A DNA stretch of 64,000 nucleotides from an uncultured Poribacteria bacterium. Lineage in GTDB: Bacteria; Poribacteria; WGA-4E; WGA-3G. How positions within the stretch are numbered: position 1 is the first letter of the stretch; the number at the start of each line of letters is the position of its first letter. The stretch lies in assembly GCA_951812525.1 (NCBI GenBank), contig OX638316.1:964653-1028652 (forward strand). Direction: 5' to 3'. Both the position numbers and the translations under genes were made by a program. Positions 57,785-64,000 of this stretch are shown in pieces. Under the pieces are notes generated by a model, which saw nothing but the letters and a program-made list of their open reading frames with translations, had not been told where the DNA came from and ran no database searches.

Positions 57785-58429
57785 TTACAAGTCTTTGAGT
57801 GTCGCCCATGTAGTTGTCAGTTTATTTGTGAGTTCAACGGATTGGGGTTCAGCATCTTCGATGTCGCTGACGAATTCGCCTTCGTAGACACGGATATGGT
57901 CAAACCAGACATCAACCTTTTGTGACCCCATAATGATGTCGGCACGAGAACTTACGTCATCTGCGGGCATTTTGAATGTCACGAAAAACTCTTTCCACGC
58001 TTCAGAAAGATTGATTTGTTTGTTGGCGTATTCATTCCAAGGATCCCCTTGATGAAGAATGCGCATTTTGACGGTTCTCGGCACTTCGCTCTTCGCCCAC
58101 AAACTGTAAGTATAGGTCGTGCCTTTCTCTAAGGTGAAAGGCTGCTGATAGAGTTGGACGTGCCATACAGCGTTGCCTGCTTTGCTGATTTTGACGTAGA
58201 TGACTTTTTTACCGACGATGGGTTCGGCTTTTTTGCCTTCGGTTTGGAAGAGTGCGGTGGCGGTTTCGTGCGTCCAGTGGTGCCACCCTTCAAGATTGAG
58301 GTCGAAATCACCATTTTTGAGGATGTTTTCGGGCGGTTTCGCGGTATATGCGAGTGTTGCAACGCCAAACAGCCCTACCAAAATAAGCAAACAACAGATG
58401 TAAATCGGAATACGGTTAGTTGTGTTCAT
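57785..58429 (-). CDS. secreted CBM_4_9-like carbohydrate-binding protein with C-terminal TW tail
   Basis: NILKNGDF, WHVQLYQ, YTYSLWAKS, VWFDHI; tail SVELTNKLTTTWATLK; ATG at 58429. Confidence 0.8.
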   Translation of the reverse strand: MNTTNRIPIYICCLLILVGLFGVATLAYTAKPPENILKNGDFDLNLEGWHHWTHETATALFQTEGKKAEPIVGKKVIYVKISKAGNAVWHVQLYQQPFTLEKGTTYTYSLWAKSEVPRTVKMRILHQGDPWNEYANKQINLSEAWKEFFVTFKMPADDVSSRADIIMGSQKVDVWFDHIRVYEGEFVSDIEDAEPQSVELTNKLTTTWATLKDL

Positions 58430-58877
58430 TTCCGTCTTCTCTGTCATGTTCGCCGTTACCATGTTCGCTGTTGCTATGTTCACCACTGCCAACTTCAGCA
58501 TGCGCCGTCCATCCGTCAAAGTCTGTGCTCGTTGCGATAAGTTGGACATCATTTTTTTCACCGGGTGCGAGGTCTACTGCGAGTGTTGGACCGAGTTCTT
58601 TCCCGTTCGATAAGTGGACTTCAACTCGGACCTGTTTCAAAGTTTCGTCTGTAGTGTTCTCCACTGTCCCGTTGAAGGCGTTGCTCTGGGCATCGTAAGT
58701 CAAAATCAGTCGTGCTCCATTTCGGACCTGATCGTAACTATCATTGAGTGCGAGTTCAGTATTTGATTCTTCGCCTTCTTCAGCAGTAAGTTGTTCGTTC
58801 GTCCTTGAACAACCATTAACAACAAAGACCACCAACACGATAACAATTGCGGCAAGAACTCTATGTATTTGATTCAT
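58416..58877 (-). CDS. small lipoprotein with Ig-like domain and His/Glu-rich tail
   Basis: VNGC lipobox; GTVENTT...VRVEVHL...DLAPGE; tail GEHSNSEHGNGEHDREDGNEHN. Confidence 0.7.
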   Translation of the reverse strand: MNQIHRVLAAIVIVLVVFVVNGCSRTNEQLTAEEGEESNTELALNDSYDQVRNGARLILTYDAQSNAFNGTVENTTDETLKQVRVEVHLSNGKELGPTLAVDLAPGEKNDVQLIATSTDFDGWTAHAEVGSGEHSNSEHGNGEHDREDGNEHN

Positions 58878-58987
58878 GAATGCCTTCTTTCCAAATTAAT
58901 TTCCATATTGCAGAGGTTGCTTTGCTCGAAAAGAGCAGGTATATTCAAGACGAGAAATTATGCTACCAAAAGCGGAAACATGTCAAG

Positions 58988-59016
58988 AAAAAGGGCAGGT
59001 AAGAAACCTGCCCTTT
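58988..59016 (-). terminator. rRNA operon intrinsic terminator
   Basis: AAAGGGCAGGT-TTCTT-ACCTGCCCTTT followed by a T-run on minus. Confidence 0.8.
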
Positions 59017-59023
59017 GAGAAGA

Positions 59024-59142
59024 TTCCCGGCAGCGACCTACTTTCCCACGGGGTTGCCCCCGAAGTATCATCAGCGCTGAAGGGCTTAACTACCGTGTTC
59101 GGGATGGGTACGGGTGGTTCCCCTCCGCTATAGCCACCGGAA
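59024..59142 (-). rRNA. rrf: 5S rRNA
   Basis: CCGGTGGCTATAGCGGAGGGGAACCACCCGTACCCATCCCGAACACGG...AGTAGGTCGCTGCCGG. Confidence 0.95.
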
Positions 59143-59239
59143 AATTGTTCGTCCGGCTCAGTGTAATAGTGTATCTGAGCCGCACCAAGAATATTTGACA
59201 ATTGTATATGTATTGAGGGGTCGGTAGAAAGAAAAGTAA

Positions 59240-62215
<2,976 letters not shown>

Positions 62216-62292
62216 AGGTGATATTATTTCTACCGATTTACCCTCTATATACAATTGTCAAAGAACAACGCCTATTTTTTAGTTATAGGCGA

Positions 62293-62365
62293 TGGAGATG
62301 AGCGGAGTTGAACCGCTGACCTACTGCGTGCAAAGCAGTCGCTCTCCCAACTGAGCTACACCCCC
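62293..62365 (-). tRNA. tRNA-Ala(TGC)
   Basis: GGGGGTGTAGCTCAGTTGGGAGAGCG...TTTGCAC...GGTTCAACTCC; G3:U70; CCA not encoded. Confidence 0.95.
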
Positions 62366-62381
62366 ACGTGGCATGCTTTTA

Positions 62382-62690
62382 AGTATACCACAATCACGAT
62401 ACTAATGTCAAATTTATTTTCAAAAAATCGACCAAGAGAGGATTTGCACCTCTCCTTCGGTTTTTTTAACCGATGCTCCTACTTTTTGAGCGGTTGGTCC
62501 ATAATAGCGAATTTTAAGTATACCCTAAAAATCTGTAAATGTCAAATTTATTTTTCAGAAATTTTCCAAAAAGTTGATTTCGCTGGTTTGCCACTCACAC
62601 GATAGAGTTTAAGTATACTATAAAATTCCAGAAATGTCAAATTTATTTTGCAACAATATGTAGAATATCACAGAAAATGACGTTTGTCAA
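62382..62690 (-). promoter_or_regulatory. four tandem sigma70 promoters upstream of tRNA-Ala/23S/5S
   Basis: TTGACA at 62411, 62545, 62640, 62690, with TATACT/TATACT/TATACT/TATTCT at 17-18 bp spacing. Confidence 0.75.
62428..62500 (-). ncRNA. non-canonical tRNA-like cloverleaf RNA
   Basis: GACCAA/TTGGTC, GCTC/GAGC, TCGGT/ACCGA, GAGAGG-TGCAAAT-CCTCTC stems folded by hand. Confidence 0.6.
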
Positions 62691-62895
62691 AGAGAAATTA
62701 CGATTTTTTCATTTTTATTTTCCTAAACTGCCTCATATGTAGGTAACAATAGCAATCAGCGATCCGCGAGAGTCCCGAATCAGAAATCGCCAGGAGAACT
62801 GAATGGCTACCGAATAGGTTGATTTTGCGATGGTATATAGGATATTATAGGACATGAGAGACGTTGAACTTACTTTTGGAGGAGAAAATCTATTG

Positions 62896-63849
62896 ATGCA
62901 ACATAAATTTTCTTATCTGTTACTACTGGTGTCAAGTCTATTCGCGATGAATGCCTGGAGCATAGGGACTATTTCTTTTACCTCCGATCGAGCCGGGAAT
63001 CTTGACATTTATATCATAGATACAAATGGCGAAAATCTTGCCAATCTAACGAACCACGCAGCTGACGACTATTCACCTACATGGTCGCCGGATGGACGCT
63101 CTGTGGCGTATGTTTCCGAACGGGACGGAAATCCAGAGATTTATGTGATGGAGCTAAATACAAAGGAACAACGACGACTGACAGACCATAAGGCGACTGA
63201 TCTCGATCCCGCTTGGTCCCCAGATGGTCGTTCAATCGCATTCGCATCTAACTTAGCACGCGACCACGCCGCAGATACAGATATCTACACAATGGATGTG
63301 AACGGAAAGAAGGTTCAGAAACTCACAAACAAAGGTGGTAATAATTCAAACCCAACATGGTCGCCGGACGGAGAATGGATCGCATTCCGCTCGACACTGG
63401 ATGGTATTGGCGGCATACATGTGATGACTGCTGATGGTGAAAAACAGCGCGCACTGACGCAGGTGTCTGCTACACATCCGGCTTGGTCCCCTAACGGGAA
63501 ACAGATTTGCTTCTCAAGCGAGAAACTTGCGGGTGTGGCGACACAGACACTGTTCACCGCGGATATTGATGGGAAAAATGTTAAAAAATTGACGGACGGT
63601 ACGCGGGCAAGTGAAGATCCGTCGTGGGCACCCGATGGACAATCAATTGTTTATGTATCCGTGGAAGACGGAAGCCAAATGCTCTACGTTATTAAAATCG
63701 CAGGGGGTGAGCCTCGTCAATTGACGGAGATCGTAGGTTTAGATTTTTCGCCAGCATGGGGACCGACAGCGTTCTCCGTCGCGCCGGGATCAAATACACG
63801 TTTGATGCGATGGGGAGTGTTGAAACGAACAGGACGCGTCAACAGGTGA
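62896..63849 (+). CDS. secreted TolB-like PD40 beta-propeller with degenerate C-terminal WG tail
   Basis: Repeated P.WSPDG motifs, FTSDRAGNLDIY; GGAGGAG RBS; tail FSVAPGSNTRLMRWGVLK. Confidence 0.85.
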   Translation: MQHKFSYLLLLVSSLFAMNAWSIGTISFTSDRAGNLDIYIIDTNGENLANLTNHAADDYSPTWSPDGRSVAYVSERDGNPEIYVMELNTKEQRRLTDHKATDLDPAWSPDGRSIAFASNLARDHAADTDIYTMDVNGKKVQKLTNKGGNNSNPTWSPDGEWIAFRSTLDGIGGIHVMTADGEKQRALTQVSATHPAWSPNGKQICFSSEKLAGVATQTLFTADIDGKNVKKLTDGTRASEDPSWAPDGQSIVYVSVEDGSQMLYVIKIAGGEPRQLTEIVGLDFSPAWGPTAFSVAPGSNTRLMRWGVLKRTGRVNR

Positions 63850-64000
63850 AGGATATTTCCAACGAGAAGGAAATCTTCGGGATATGTTACGTCTAATTTC
63901 CGCCGAGTGGTGTCTCTTGATTGGTATTTCCGGGATTTCCAAGCCAGAGCTTGATAGCAGGACTACTGGCGATGCGACGCCGACCAACGGACGCATTGAT

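Noticed and set aside
58430-58561. Extended N-terminus of the CBM4/9 ORF as dual coding
   Set aside because: The signal peptide starts at ATG 58429; the extension is just an open alternative frame of the upstream lipoprotein.
63884-64000. Possible gene start MLRLISAEWCLLIG running off the window end
   Set aside because: Too short, no clear RBS or motif; cannot be supported.

Overview
Bacterial chromosome segment, very probably from Candidatus Poribacteria. The 16S gene contains sequences matching, as I recall them, the Poribacteria-specific 389f and POR1130 oligos, and the window has a PhyH dioxygenase and several secreted proteins with a C-terminal TWGxLK tail. Housekeeping and metabolic genes include ileS (type 2), purB, hisF, murJ, rsmB, rpsT, thiD/thiE, a xanthine-dehydrogenase-family trimer and sugar enzymes. 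The rRNA operon is split: 16S + tRNA-Ile lie on + at 10.9-12.8 kb, and tRNA-Ala + 23S + 5S lie on - at 59-62.4 kb. The most notable unannotated signals are: (1) an Ile-codon leader peptide with terminator/antiterminator upstream of ileS; (2) a non-canonical tRNA-like cloverleaf with its own promoter upstream of the 23S unit; (3) four paralogous heterodimeric ABC-2 permease pairs with hypervariable extracytoplasmic loops, mosaic sequence and no ATPase in the window; (4) a shared C-terminal TWGxLK putative sorting tail, plus T9SS-like parts (PorV-like barrel, CTD-bearing metalloprotease); (5) TA-ended MITEs carrying GTAG-REP hairpins; (6) a small candidate defence patch (RxxxxxH protein plus a DUF4258/YgiT pair). 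All family assignments come from motif recognition by eye, not database searches.
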